From Candidatus Saccharimonadales bacterium (GTDB lineage: Bacteria > Patescibacteriota > Saccharimonadia > Saccharimonadales > UBA10212): 64,000 nucleotides of DNA. The notes beneath the pieces are model-generated. The model worked only from the letters and a program-made list of their open reading frames with translations. It did not search any database and was not told where the DNA came from. Where the stretch lies: assembly GCA_049521895.1 (NCBI GenBank), contig JBEKOJ010000001.1, forward strand, positions 554,478-618,477, given 5' to 3'. Within the stretch, counting starts at the first letter, position 1. Each line of letters starts with the position of its first letter. Both the position numbers and the translations under genes were made by a program. Of this stretch, positions 54,799 to 63,784 are shown one piece after another.

Positions 54799-55318
54799 AG
54801 TAGTTGATCTCGTTAACCACGTCCAGCAGGGCTTGGGCGCGGGTTTTCTCGTCGGTAATTTTGTTAGCGGCATCGTAAGCAGCCTGTACCAGCTCGGAGT
54901 TATCCGAAGCTTGGAGCATCATCATGGTCGTCTTAAATTTTTCTTCGGGAGTTTGGTCCAGTTGGTTGACTAGAGGCGCCAGGTTCTGCAGGGCCTCTTG
55001 CTTGATTCGTAGCAGTTCGTCTTCCGGGGCACCGGTGGTATTGACCGGAGCGGTGGTTGGCGCTTGGGCCAAGGGAGGATAAGGCTGTGGTTGGCCGTCT
55101 GTATGAGTACTGCCATCAGTACTGTCATGTGGGGTGGGTGGAGGTGCGGCTGAAACGTCACTCCCAAGTGGCGGCGCGGTACCAGCGGCCTGAGCGGCAC
55201 CATAACTTACAGCTGGGCCAGGCGATTCGAGCGGCTGCGGCATCACCGGATCCTGGCCAGCACTTTTGTTGTCATTTATTCCAAACATTCTACCCCCGCG
55301 CTCACCACAAGCGAGCAT
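54773..55318 (-). CDS. hypothetical Pro/Ala-rich protein
   Basis: ORF only; low-complexity N-terminal half and a helical C-terminal half. Confidence 0.25.
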   Translation of the reverse strand: MLACGERGGRMFGINDNKSAGQDPVMPQPLESPGPAVSYGAAQAAGTAPPLGSDVSAAPPPTPHDSTDGSTHTDGQPQPYPPLAQAPTTAPVNTTGAPEDELLRIKQEALQNLAPLVNQLDQTPEEKFKTTMMMLQASDNSELVQAAYDAANKITDEKTRAQALLDVVNEINYFTHHDAGA

Positions 55319-55319
55319 T

Positions 55320-55448
55320 TATCATTTAACACTTGTCAGTCTTCAATTATTTAGTAATTAACATTCTTCATTGTAAGACATAAGCATATTTTGGTAAATG
55401 TAAAATGCTAAATAAATGTGAAATGTGAACTGAAAAATGTAAAATAAG
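55320..55448. repeat. AATG/CATT-pentamer element (5' of the PGI/PMI gene)
   Basis: ...AACATTCTTCATTG ... GGTAAATGTAAAATGCTAAATAAATGTGAAATGTGAACTGAAAAATGTAAAATAAGG. Confidence 0.55.
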
Positions 55449-55451
55449 GTC

Positions 55452-56480
55452 GTGTTAGATGATCTGAAATATATCCACCAACGTGATAGCCAAGATGCGC
55501 TGGGCATAGCCGGAAAGCAATGGCAGCAACTACAACACGAGTTTGAGCCCATAAAAATTGCCGGCCAATTTGACAATGTCGTTTATGCGGGAATGGGAGG
55601 GTCAGCTCTGGCGGCACTTATGAGTGCTATTTGGCCCGGGTATAAAGTGCCATTCGAAGTTTGCAGACAGTATCACATTCCAAAATATATTTCTGAGAAG
55701 ACTTTATTTGTGGCTGCCAGCTATTCTGGCAACACTGAAGAAATTCTATCGGCCTTAGCGGAGGCCGAGCAGCGCCGAACAACCATTGTCGTAATCGCCG
55801 GCGGCGGTAAGCTTCAAGCTTGGGCAGGAGAAAAAAGCTATCAATTCTTGCTTCTACCTAAAGCCGTACAGCCCCGATACGCCGTTTTGTATAACTTGAA
55901 GGCCATTGTGAAAATTCTTGAGACGGCGGGGCTAATTAGCGAAGATCAAGCCGCTACTCAAATAAGTCAAGCAGGCGACTTTGTAAAAAAATCAGTTAGC
56001 GACTGGTTGCCAACTGTACCAACCAATAGGAATCCGGCCAAGAAACTGGCATTAGAATTAGCTGGTAAGTCCCCAGTAGTCTATGCCGGCCCGCTATTGG
56101 CCCCTGTGGCCTATAAGTGGAAAATTAATTTTAACGAAAATGCCAAAAACGTGGCCTGGTGGAACGAACTACCAGAATTTGACCATAACGAATTAACCGG
56201 ATGGAGCAGCCATCCTATCGAAAAGCCTTACGGGATAATTGAACTCCGTAGCGACCTCGAGCATGAACGCGTACAAAAAAGGTTCGTGGTCGGCGAGAAA
56301 CTACTATCCGGACGTAGACCGGCGCCACACGTGGTGAAGGTTGAGGGCAATAATATCCTTGAGCAACTGCTATGGGCGGTGGTATACGGTGACTTTGTAA
56401 GTATCTATTTGGGCTTACTAAACGGAATTGACCCCGCGCCGGTAGAGCTGGTAGAAAAATTCAAGAAAGAGCTCGGATGA
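55452..56480 (+). CDS. bifunctional phosphoglucose/phosphomannose isomerase (SIS domain; archaeal-type PGI/PMI)
   Basis: GMGGSALAA ... ASYSGNTEE SIS motifs; about 340 aa, typical of the PGI/PMI family. Confidence 0.6.
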   Translation: MLDDLKYIHQRDSQDALGIAGKQWQQLQHEFEPIKIAGQFDNVVYAGMGGSALAALMSAIWPGYKVPFEVCRQYHIPKYISEKTLFVAASYSGNTEEILSALAEAEQRRTTIVVIAGGGKLQAWAGEKSYQFLLLPKAVQPRYAVLYNLKAIVKILETAGLISEDQAATQISQAGDFVKKSVSDWLPTVPTNRNPAKKLALELAGKSPVVYAGPLLAPVAYKWKINFNENAKNVAWWNELPEFDHNELTGWSSHPIEKPYGIIELRSDLEHERVQKRFVVGEKLLSGRRPAPHVVKVEGNNILEQLLWAVVYGDFVSIYLGLLNGIDPAPVELVEKFKKELG

Positions 56481-56917
56481 ACCAATCACCTCAAATCCCT
56501 AGCTTTGATAAATCAATCTTTGATTTAAGCCCATACGCTAAACGCATAGAGAAGCCCTGGGGCTATGAAATTCACTGGGTGCCCGTAGATAAGCCGTACA
56601 TGGGTAAAATCGAGCATATTAATGCTGGCTACAGAATGTCACTGCAAATTCATGAACAGAAACAAGAAAGCTGGCTGATCATGAAAGGCCGAGCCAAAGT
56701 AGTTTGGGAAGATAAGAGCGGCAGGATAGTTGAAACGGAATTAGAGCCCGGGCAAGGATACTCGTCGACCATCGGCCAAAAGCACCGGCTCGTTGGTATT
56801 ACGGATTGCGACATTATTGAAGTTTCAACTCCCGAGATAGGTACAACCTACCGGCTGGAGGACGACTATAACCGTCCTGATGAAACCGAGCAACAACGTG
56901 AAATCGAAAGATCATAA
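56477..56917 (+). CDS. cupin-domain protein (mannose-6-phosphate isomerase type II-like)
   Basis: GYRMSLQIHEQKQESWLIMKGRAKV is a cupin motif with His/Gln metal ligands. Confidence 0.5.
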   Translation: MNQSPQIPSFDKSIFDLSPYAKRIEKPWGYEIHWVPVDKPYMGKIEHINAGYRMSLQIHEQKQESWLIMKGRAKVVWEDKSGRIVETELEPGQGYSSTIGQKHRLVGITDCDIIEVSTPEIGTTYRLEDDYNRPDETEQQREIERS

Positions 56918-56935
56918 GGATCAGAAACTCGGCTA

Positions 56936-56967
56936 AAATTACTTAACAAGTTAAGTATTTACTCTCC
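56936..56967. terminator. bidirectional hairpin AAATTACTTAACAAGTTAAGTATTTAC between convergent genes
   Basis: An imperfect 11-bp stem flanked by an A-tract and a T-tract; same core as the comF terminator. Confidence 0.4.
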
Positions 56968-58188
56968 TCTTAGAGCGTCAATGGGGCTTTTACGGGCAGC
57001 CTTGAGTGCTGGCACTACGCTAAAGATAACCCCCACGGCTACCGATACGCCCACAGCTAGTACCATCACCGGCACGGTAATTACCGGCTGCAGATTGGTG
57101 TAGATACGCAGTATGCCAAAGATTAACAGGGAAGCAGCAATCCCGAGTATTCCGCCGCCAACGCTTAGCACCAAACCCTCCACCAGGAACTGGTTAAGGA
57201 CCTGGCGGTTAGTAGCTCCGACGGCTTTTCTAATGCCGATTTCGCGGGTACGCTCCGATACACTGACCAACATGATGTCCATGATGCCGATACCGCCAAC
57301 CAATAGTGAAATGGCAGCGATACTGGCAATAAAACCAGTCAATTGGTTAATGACACCGCTGGCGATATTGAGCAGCTCGTATTGTTTAAGGACCGTGAAG
57401 TCGTTCTGTCCTTGGTGAGTACTTAGCAGGACTCTGTTTACATCGGCTACGGTAGCGTCCAAGTTGTTAACATCCTTGGCCTTAACCAGTATCTGCAAGA
57501 TATTGTTGTTGCCGCTGGCTAGCTCCTCTGCCGGTTGTAGGGGAATGAAAATGGCCGAGTTAAAATCAGTCTCGGCTACGGACAACAGGCTGACGGATGA
57601 TCGGGCCAACACGCCCTGCACCAAAAAGGATCGCCCCGAAATGGTCAGCGATTGTCCTACTGGATTAAGCTCACCGAAAAGTTGCTGGGCTACATCGCTA
57701 CCGATAACTGCATTTTTTTGGTCAGGACCGCTCTGGTCAAAGAAATCTCCATATTCCACGCTTTCCGGTAGTATCTGGCTGATATCCGGCGTAGTACCGA
57801 TAACGAAAAGGTTATTCAGCTGTTTGCCATCGGCTTTGGCACTGCTGGTCACGAAGTCCATCGGCGCTACGGCGCTAACCGATGGCAAATGGCTGAGGCT
57901 GGTGGCGTCTTGGTCGGTCAGGGTGCTGGCACTCAAAAATGCCAGCAGGTTCAAGCTGCCAATTTCACTATTGGCCGTGCGGTTGACCAAATTTCCCGAG
58001 CGTACGGTAATGACATCGCGTCCAAGATGGTTGATTTGCCCGACGATTTGCTGTTTTAGGCCCTCCCCTAAACTCACCACTGTGACTACCGAGCTGATGC
58101 CAATAATGATACCCAGCATAGTGAAGAAACTGCGCCATTTGCTACGGCTAAGGCTGGCGATGGCAGTTTTAAGGTTGCCGCTCCACAT
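56959..58188 (-). CDS. ABC transporter permease, FtsX/MacB-like
   Basis: N-terminal LKTAIASLSRSKWRSFFTMLGIIIGISSVV and a C-terminal FtsX domain (GIRKAVGATNRQVLNQFLVEGLVLSVGGGILG); start moved to MWSGNL (58188) because the 40 upstream codons of the tracked ORF translate a repeat element. Confidence 0.75.
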   Translation of the reverse strand: MWSGNLKTAIASLSRSKWRSFFTMLGIIIGISSVVTVVSLGEGLKQQIVGQINHLGRDVITVRSGNLVNRTANSEIGSLNLLAFLSASTLTDQDATSLSHLPSVSAVAPMDFVTSSAKADGKQLNNLFVIGTTPDISQILPESVEYGDFFDQSGPDQKNAVIGSDVAQQLFGELNPVGQSLTISGRSFLVQGVLARSSVSLLSVAETDFNSAIFIPLQPAEELASGNNNILQILVKAKDVNNLDATVADVNRVLLSTHQGQNDFTVLKQYELLNIASGVINQLTGFIASIAAISLLVGGIGIMDIMLVSVSERTREIGIRKAVGATNRQVLNQFLVEGLVLSVGGGILGIAASLLIFGILRIYTNLQPVITVPVMVLAVGVSVAVGVIFSVVPALKAARKSPIDALRGE

Positions 58189-58206
58189 CAGGCGTCTCCT
58201 TCGGAG

Positions 58207-58320
58207 GCATTTACCATTGACCACTGACCATTGACCATTAATTTCCCAGGTAGCATTTGCCATTGAGGAAACGAAAAATGAGGAATAAATGTTAAATGTG
58301 AATTGCAAAATGTGAAATGG
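58207..58320. repeat. AATG/CATT-pentamer hairpin element between the ABC ATPase and permease genes
   Basis: CATTTACCATTGACCACTGACCATTGACCATTAATTTCCCAGGTAGCATTTGCCATTGAGG ... AAATGAGGAATAAATGTTAAATGTGAATTGCAAAATGTGAAATGG. Confidence 0.6.
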
Positions 58321-58327
58321 AGAAGTT

Positions 58328-59209
58328 TCATCGTGTTATAGCCCTTCTGCCCAGGCGCTTAAGAAGTTTACTGCTTCGGTGGCGCAGTTTACGCCGCTTG
58401 GGCAAGTCGGTTATCTCTTTACCCGGCACATCATGCATTAGTGCTGAAACTCCGGCGACGATGTCTTGATCGGTAGTTTTGCGACGGCGGAAATAGATGC
58501 GGCGAGCTCCTTTGGCCATCCGGCCGATAGCTTTGGCCTCGTCGGCGACTATTATACCGTCGCGCATATAGATCACCCGGTTGGCATAGCGCGTCAATTC
58601 CGGATTGTGCGTGACCAGCAAAATAGTGTTGCCCTGGCGGTGGATATCACTCAAAAGCTCCATCACTACTCTGCTATCATTGCTGTCAAGATTGCCGGTC
58701 GGTTCATCGGCAATGATAATACTGGGTTTGTTGATTAAAGCCCGGGCGATAGCCGCGCGCTGTGCTTGGCCGCCAGAAAGTTGATGAGGCATAAAATACT
58801 CACGGTCGCGCATACCAATTCGCTCCAGCATATCGCTGGCCTGTTTTTGGCGGCGCACCGGCGTCATACCCCTGTAAGCTAGAGGCAAAGCAACATTTTC
58901 CAGCACACTGATGCGAGGTAGCAGGTTGTAATATTGGAAAACGAAGCCGATGCGATCACGGCGCGTCTTGGCTTGGCGGTTAGGCCGCAGGCGAGCCACA
59001 TTGCGACCATCCAATAGGTAAATACCGTGAGTTGGCCGATCCAGTAAGCCGATCAGGTTCATTAAGGTGGTTTTACCGCTACCACTCGGCCCCATCACAG
59101 CTAAAAATTCTCCGCGTTCAACCGTGAGCGCGACTTCATCCAGCGCCAATGTCGTAGCGTCGCCAAAACCGTAAAGTTTTGATACTTCTTGGAGTTCTAT
59201 AAGGGCCAT
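58328..59209 (-). CDS. ABC transporter ATP-binding protein (MacB/LolD-type) with a basic C-terminal extension
   Basis: Walker [11 protein letters not shown], signature [15 protein letters not shown], Walker [13 protein letters not shown]; about 60 extra C-terminal residues rich in Arg/Lys. Confidence 0.85.
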   Translation of the reverse strand: MALIELQEVSKLYGFGDATTLALDEVALTVERGEFLAVMGPSGSGKTTLMNLIGLLDRPTHGIYLLDGRNVARLRPNRQAKTRRDRIGFVFQYYNLLPRISVLENVALPLAYRGMTPVRRQKQASDMLERIGMRDREYFMPHQLSGGQAQRAAIARALINKPSIIIADEPTGNLDSNDSRVVMELLSDIHRQGNTILLVTHNPELTRYANRVIYMRDGIIVADEAKAIGRMAKGARRIYFRRRKTTDQDIVAGVSALMHDVPGKEITDLPKRRKLRHRSSKLLKRLGRRAITR

Positions 59210-59481
59210 TAATCGCCTTCTTGCTTACTTTTAGTATTAAAAAAGAGGACGCCACCTCTCTCAATCTCACGCCCTCCCCTGAAAGTCTCTGTAATTTTAG
59301 TTTACGCCCCGCAAGACGCTTAACCCAAAAATTTTAAGTTGCGAAATCAACTACACTTGTGAGGTTGATGGAGTCCCGCCCATTTTCAGGGTGGAACAGT
59401 CTGTAATCAGATTGTGAAACGCCCGGAAAAAGGGCGCGGATAAAATATAACAAGGGTAAATTTGTTAGAATGAGTTAGCAC

Positions 59482-59571
59482 GGAGAGGTGCAAGAGCGGT
59501 TTAATTGGCACGCTTGGAAAGCGTGTGTGTTCGCAAGAGCACCGAGGGTTCAAATCCCTCCCTCTCCGCCA
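59482..59571 (+). tRNA. tRNA-Ser (anticodon GGA), type II
   Basis: GGAGAGGTGCAAGAGCGGTTTAATTGGCACGCTTGGAAAGCGTGTGTGTTCGCAAGAGCACCGAGGGTTCAAATCCCTCCCTCTCCGCCA; anticodon loop TTGGAAA; discriminator G; a TAGAAT box 11 nt upstream. Confidence 0.85.
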
Positions 59572-59603
59572 TTTATCATCCTAAGTCAAATAAGTTTTAT
59601 TCA

Positions 59604-60575
59604 ATGAAAGCTAAAAGTCTGAATAAAAAAAGGGAAATTTACGTTTTTCCCACTTCTCCCTTCCACTTTGATGGTACTTTTCATAAGCCATCACATTTTC
59701 CTGCCAAGCTGGATTATTGGGAGCCTGGTAAGTATTGGCAAGCCATTAGAATCAATAAACAAATATTCGGACTAAAAATTGAAAACAAAGGTGATATACA
59801 AAAGCCAAAAATAAAGATCTCGGTCTTCTATTATAAAAGCATTTCTGACAAGGAGATTGAGGATATCAGACAAGAAATTATTTGGCGCTTTGACCTAAAT
59901 ACTGATTTGAATGAATTTAACAAACTCGCCAAAAGTGATAAACGTTTCTACCCAATTTTTAAACAGTGGTTAGGGATGAGGAATTCAAGCGCCCATAATT
60001 TATATGAGCTTCTTATTGTCGCTGTGCTTTTGCAAAACGCAACTATTCGGAGAACGGTACAAATGATGAATGCCTTGCTTGATAATTACGGAGTAAAATT
60101 GAAATTTGACGGTAAAAAAATTTTTGCAATTTGGTTGCCGGAGAAATTAAAAAACGTTTCGGAGCAAAACTTACGAGATTTGAAGATTGGGTATCGAGCA
60201 AAGTTTATCAAGCGTTTATCGCAAGATTTTGCCGAAGGCAAAGTTGACGAACGGAAATTGCGAACGCTTGACCAAGAGAATGTGAAGAAAGAGCTGATGA
60301 AACTATACGGAGTTGGGCCAGAAACCACTCGCATACTTCTTTTTGAAGCTTGCCACCAATATAATACTTTCGACCACATTGCGCCGTGGCAACAAAAAAT
60401 TTATTCCCGGCTTTTTTACAATCAACCACTCGTTCCGGCAAATAAAATCATAGGAGATATCAAGAGACAGTACGGTAAGTATTCCATGCTCGCGGTACAC
60501 TACATCTGGGAAGATATTTTTTGGAGAAGAAAAAACGAGAAAATAGATTGGCTGGAGAAGGAAATTCGCCTTTGA
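59604..60575 (+). CDS. HhH-GPD superfamily DNA glycosylase-like protein (AlkA/Ogg-like)
   Basis: Helix-hairpin-helix LYGVGPETTRILLF followed by a conserved Asp (FDHIAPW); start reassigned to MKAKSL because the tracked ORF start overlaps the tRNA. Confidence 0.45.
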   Translation: MKAKSLNKKREIYVFPTSPFHFDGTFHKPSHFPAKLDYWEPGKYWQAIRINKQIFGLKIENKGDIQKPKIKISVFYYKSISDKEIEDIRQEIIWRFDLNTDLNEFNKLAKSDKRFYPIFKQWLGMRNSSAHNLYELLIVAVLLQNATIRRTVQMMNALLDNYGVKLKFDGKKIFAIWLPEKLKNVSEQNLRDLKIGYRAKFIKRLSQDFAEGKVDERKLRTLDQENVKKELMKLYGVGPETTRILLFEACHQYNTFDHIAPWQQKIYSRLFYNQPLVPANKIIGDIKRQYGKYSMLAVHYIWEDIFWRRKNEKIDWLEKEIRL

Positions 60576-60710
60576 TTTCAGACCCGCTTGCCCCTTATCG
60601 AATCCTGAAGCGAGAAGAGAATGAATAATTCTATTTCGATCATCAGGGTGTTGGTGGTAGGATATGTTCCGCCAAGTTGATTTTTGTAAGGCATATGGCA
60701 TTATTAGAGT

Positions 60711-60956
60711 ATGAATAATGGGAACGAGATGCCTACTCTGTGGTTTGAGTCACCAGCAACACCATTTGAAAATCCTCTGACTGAAGCGATGTATCAAGCA
60801 GCAAGGGATAGGTACTTGACACCAATCACAAGGGTAGACTTTATAAAAGCTGCAGACGATATGTTTGAAAGCCACGATTTACTCATTCAACTTGAAAGTG
60901 CCATACACGCTATAGACGAAGAACTTTCGCGCCGTTTTGGCATCGCAGAAAACTAA
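60711..60956 (+). CDS. hypothetical protein
   Basis: ORF only. Confidence 0.2.
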   Translation: MNNGNEMPTLWFESPATPFENPLTEAMYQAARDRYLTPITRVDFIKAADDMFESHDLLIQLESAIHAIDEELSRRFGIAEN

Positions 60957-60988
60957 TAATTCCAGACCCGTCTGTTCCACCATTTTTT
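60957..60988. repeat. post-stop 28-32 nt motif TTCCAGACCCGTCTGTTCCACCATTTT (copy 2 of 4; the others are at 60576-60600, 61684-61713 and, weak, 62290-62310)
   Basis: Compare copy 3, AGTTCCAGACCCGTGTATTCCACCATTTTA; each lies directly after a stop codon of consecutive plus-strand genes. Confidence 0.5.
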
Positions 60989-61041
60989 GACATTTTTAAG
61001 AAGGTATGCTAATATAGCATTGTTGACCTCAAGAACAAAAA

Positions 61042-61683
61042 ATGTCCAGCTTAGAAACACTTCGACAACAAGCTGCAGTAGAAGAAACTAGCCCGGTGGA
61101 TGAGCTCGGGGCTATAAGGAACAGGGCATTGGAACACGTCTCGTCCACTGGACGAGGCATTAGTGATTATAGAGAACATCTTGGGATTGAACTCGAAGAT
61201 TTGAGAGGAAAAAGAATTCTAGATGTAGGCGCAGGTTTCTCTATATTTGCTCGGGAGGCAAAAGAGCATGGAGCTGAGACTATATCATTAGAACCCCAAG
61301 ACCCAACACAGCGACTAGATATGATGCCCGAGGATAAGGCGGAGTTCAGAAAGGCTCTTTCTAGAGGGGAAATTGTCCCAGGTATTGTACAAGAATTACC
61401 ATTTGAGGATGGTTCTTTTGATAGGGTCTTTGCTGTGCTCTCTGTACCTTATTACCTGCCGAGGGTAGAATCTGAAAGAATTCTTGCCTTCGACGAAATG
61501 GTAAGGGTGCTAAAACCGGGAGGAGAAATTAGAATTTTTCCTACCCAGATAGGAGGGGGAAAGCCTGAATCAGTATCCGAAGAGGTAGTTACAAAGTTAG
61601 AGTCCGAAGGCTGCCAAGTTCAATTTGAATCATCGGAATCTGACAATCCCGCCATTTGTCGCATGATAATTCGGAAGTTATAA
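61042..61683 (+). CDS. class I SAM-dependent methyltransferase
   Basis: ILDVGAGFSIFAREA (motif I) and VLKPGGEIRIF. Confidence 0.6.
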   Translation: MSSLETLRQQAAVEETSPVDELGAIRNRALEHVSSTGRGISDYREHLGIELEDLRGKRILDVGAGFSIFAREAKEHGAETISLEPQDPTQRLDMMPEDKAEFRKALSRGEIVPGIVQELPFEDGSFDRVFAVLSVPYYLPRVESERILAFDEMVRVLKPGGEIRIFPTQIGGGKPESVSEEVVTKLESEGCQVQFESSESDNPAICRMIIRKL

Positions 61684-61783
61684 AGTTCCAGACCCGTGTA
61701 TTCCACCATTTTATGAATGTTAAAATATAAGAAGAGCCTGGCGGCTTGCAAAAACTAACAGCCGATTCTCAGCCTGCGGTGGC

Positions 61784-62278
61784 ATGCTGGAAGAACAGTC
61801 AGGTGACAAAACCGAAAGGAGAATTGCCATGACAGATAAATCAGACAAAGAACAAATAGCCGACATAATAACCAGCGTTTCCTTGCTTCAGGACCTCAAG
61901 CAATGGGAAAGGCTAGAGAATTTTTTTGTAAAAAAACCATTCATTGATAACAAATCCCTTAATGGCGAAACACCAGCCGTGATACCCAAGAAACGCCTGA
62001 TCGACAGCTGGCGCAAAGAAATCGGCAGCTACTTTTATGCCACCCGGCATTTTATTCGCCGCTTGGGTGTGCGGATGGTAAGCTCGCGCCGCGCTAAAGT
62101 AACAACCGCCGTGGAGCATTTGCATTATGTAGCCGACAGAGGCGACCGTTATGTATGGACGGTGCGGGGAACTATTGATTACATTTTGGTGAAGACTTCT
62201 ACTGGAACCTGGAAAATCAGCCAAATGATATTTCGCTTAAACGACCAAACAGTTCGGCCTATCGGCTTGCCCGCGTAA
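61784..62278 (+). CDS. hypothetical protein (possibly an NTF2-like fold)
   Basis: ORF only; weak SnoaL/NTF2-like pattern. Confidence 0.2.
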   Translation: MLEEQSGDKTERRIAMTDKSDKEQIADIITSVSLLQDLKQWERLENFFVKKPFIDNKSLNGETPAVIPKKRLIDSWRKEIGSYFYATRHFIRRLGVRMVSSRRAKVTTAVEHLHYVADRGDRYVWTVRGTIDYILVKTSTGTWKISQMIFRLNDQTVRPIGLPA

Positions 62279-62330
62279 ATATCTGGCATAATTTAGTACT
62301 CCACCATAACCGCTAACGGATAAATCGCTA

Positions 62331-63044
62331 TTGCGCTACAATAACAGTAGTGAAATATATGGTGGGTCGGCAGTGAATGTCTTAATCGTCTACGCGCATC
62401 ATGAGCCTAGTAGTTTTACGGCCGCAATGAAAAATCTAACGGTGACATCTTTGGGCAACAAGGGCCATAGCGTAGTGGTTAGCGATTTATACGGCGAGGG
62501 CTTTAGCGCCGTGGCCCAGAAGTGGGATTTCGTAACTACCAGTGGCAAGCATTTTAATTACATGCTTGAGCAAAAGCACGCCGCACGCTTGGATATGGCA
62601 TTTTCGCCAGACATAGTGGGCGAAGTCCAGAAGATCCAAACCGCAGAATTAGTCTTGATCATTACCCCCATATGGTGGTTTAGTGTGCCGGCCATCTTGA
62701 AAGGCTGGTTTGACCGGGTACTGGCAATGGGCGTTGCTTGGGACAGCGGCAAAATTTATGAGAGTGGTTTATTCCGAGGTAAACAAGCCATGCTTATCGC
62801 GGTTGCCGGCGGCCCGGAAACTTATTACCACGAAAGTGGCCGGCATAAAGCCACCGCGCTGCAAATCTTGCACCCCATAAACCACGGTACGCTGGCTTTC
62901 TGCGGGTTTAATGTGCACGAACCTTTCGTAGTGCTCAACTCTCTGGGCAAGACCGCAGAAGAACGCACCCAGGTGCTTAACGAGCTGAATTTTAGATTGG
63001 ATAACTTAACTACTAGTCCTCAGTGGCTAACTTTCTTCGGCTAA
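62331..63044 (+). CDS. flavodoxin-like NAD(P)H dehydrogenase (quinone) / NAD(P)H oxidoreductase family
   Basis: NVLIVYAHHEPSSF ... LVLIITPIWWFSVPAILKGWFDRV is the typical NQO1/general-stress-protein-14 pattern. Confidence 0.6.
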   Translation: MRYNNSSEIYGGSAVNVLIVYAHHEPSSFTAAMKNLTVTSLGNKGHSVVVSDLYGEGFSAVAQKWDFVTTSGKHFNYMLEQKHAARLDMAFSPDIVGEVQKIQTAELVLIITPIWWFSVPAILKGWFDRVLAMGVAWDSGKIYESGLFRGKQAMLIAVAGGPETYYHESGRHKATALQILHPINHGTLAFCGFNVHEPFVVLNSLGKTAEERTQVLNELNFRLDNLTTSPQWLTFFG

Positions 63045-63220
63045 GTGCTACGCCGCCCAAGCCTGCCTTCTGGCAGAGCCAGAAGCTCCGCTTGGGCTCT
63101 TGGCGTACTGCGGCGTCAGCAGCTCTGCTACTCCTTCAGCGTATTACTATACGCTTCAGTCCGTTGCTCGCTGCTTCCTTGCATTACATCCAAGCGTAGC
63201 ATTTAGCCAAAAGCTGACTA

Positions 63221-63784
63221 TTATTTTTGGAAGAGGGTATGGAGGCGAAGGATTTCGTCGAACATTTTCTTGAGCGACTCGTTTGTTTCATTATTGGCTG
63301 GTTCGCCCTGCTTGTTGAAGGCTTGGGGATAAAAGACAAAAGCTATCGGATTAGCCACTTGCACCAAACCAAGCTCGATAGTAATAGACCGAAGCTGTTC
63401 AACCGCCCGCGTGCCGCCGCTAACACCGCCGTAGCTAACGAAAGCTACCGGCTTATCGCGCCACTCGGGGCCGACCCAGTCCAAAGCGTTTTTCAAGACG
63501 GCCGCAGGGCCGTGGTTATACTCTGGCGTAATGATAATTACGCCGTCGGTTGTGCCAACGCGCTGGGCCCAGGCCTTACCCTCGGGGTGCGTATAGTCCT
63601 CGCCCTGGTTAGCTATAGTAAATGGACTGAGCGGCTCATCAAAGAAAGGCAGTTTAAGCTCGCGCAAATCCACAAAGTCAACCTCAAAGCGTTTATCATC
63701 GGCGGCATGCCTTTTTACCCAGTTGGCGACTACACCACCGCTGCGGCCCTGACGCGAACTACCCCAAATTATCATTAGCTTCAT
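63221..63784 (-). CDS. NADPH-dependent FMN reductase family protein
   Basis: MKLMIIWGSSRQGRSGG ... ITPEYNHGPAAVLKNALDWV; start taken at MKLM. Confidence 0.7.
   Translation of the reverse strand: MKLMIIWGSSRQGRSGGVVANWVKRHAADDKRFEVDFVDLRELKLPFFDEPLSPFTIANQGEDYTHPEGKAWAQRVGTTDGVIIITPEYNHGPAAVLKNALDWVGPEWRDKPVAFVSYGGVSGGTRAVEQLRSITIELGLVQVANPIAFVFYPQAFNKQGEPANNETNESLKKMFDEILRLHTLFQK

Noticed and set aside
58189-58308. First 40 codons of the tracked permease ORF (MQFTFNIYSSFFVSSMANATWEINGQWSVVNG...)
   Set aside because: They translate the CATT/AATG repeat element. The FtsX/MacB alignment starts at MWSGNL.
25213-58320. CRISPR array candidates among the AATG/CATT repeats
   Set aside because: The units are 4-6 nt degenerate motifs in two complementary arms. 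They are not 25-40 nt direct repeats with unique spacers, and no cas genes are present.
59505-59603. ORF-track start of the 356-aa protein at 59505
   Set aside because: The first 33 codons translate tRNA-Ser(GGA) and its flank. The start was moved to the MKAKSL methionine at 59604.
928-63778. Numerous 60-200 aa ORFs antisense to or nested within long genes (e.g. 928-1206, 2109-2339, 3489-3989, 5301-5921, 14524-15000, 21335-21567, 28522-30968, 52554-53576, 57464-58234, 63227-63778)
   Set aside because: They overlap well-supported genes on the opposite strand or in another frame, have low-complexity or biased composition, and carry no motifs. I treat them as shadow ORFs.
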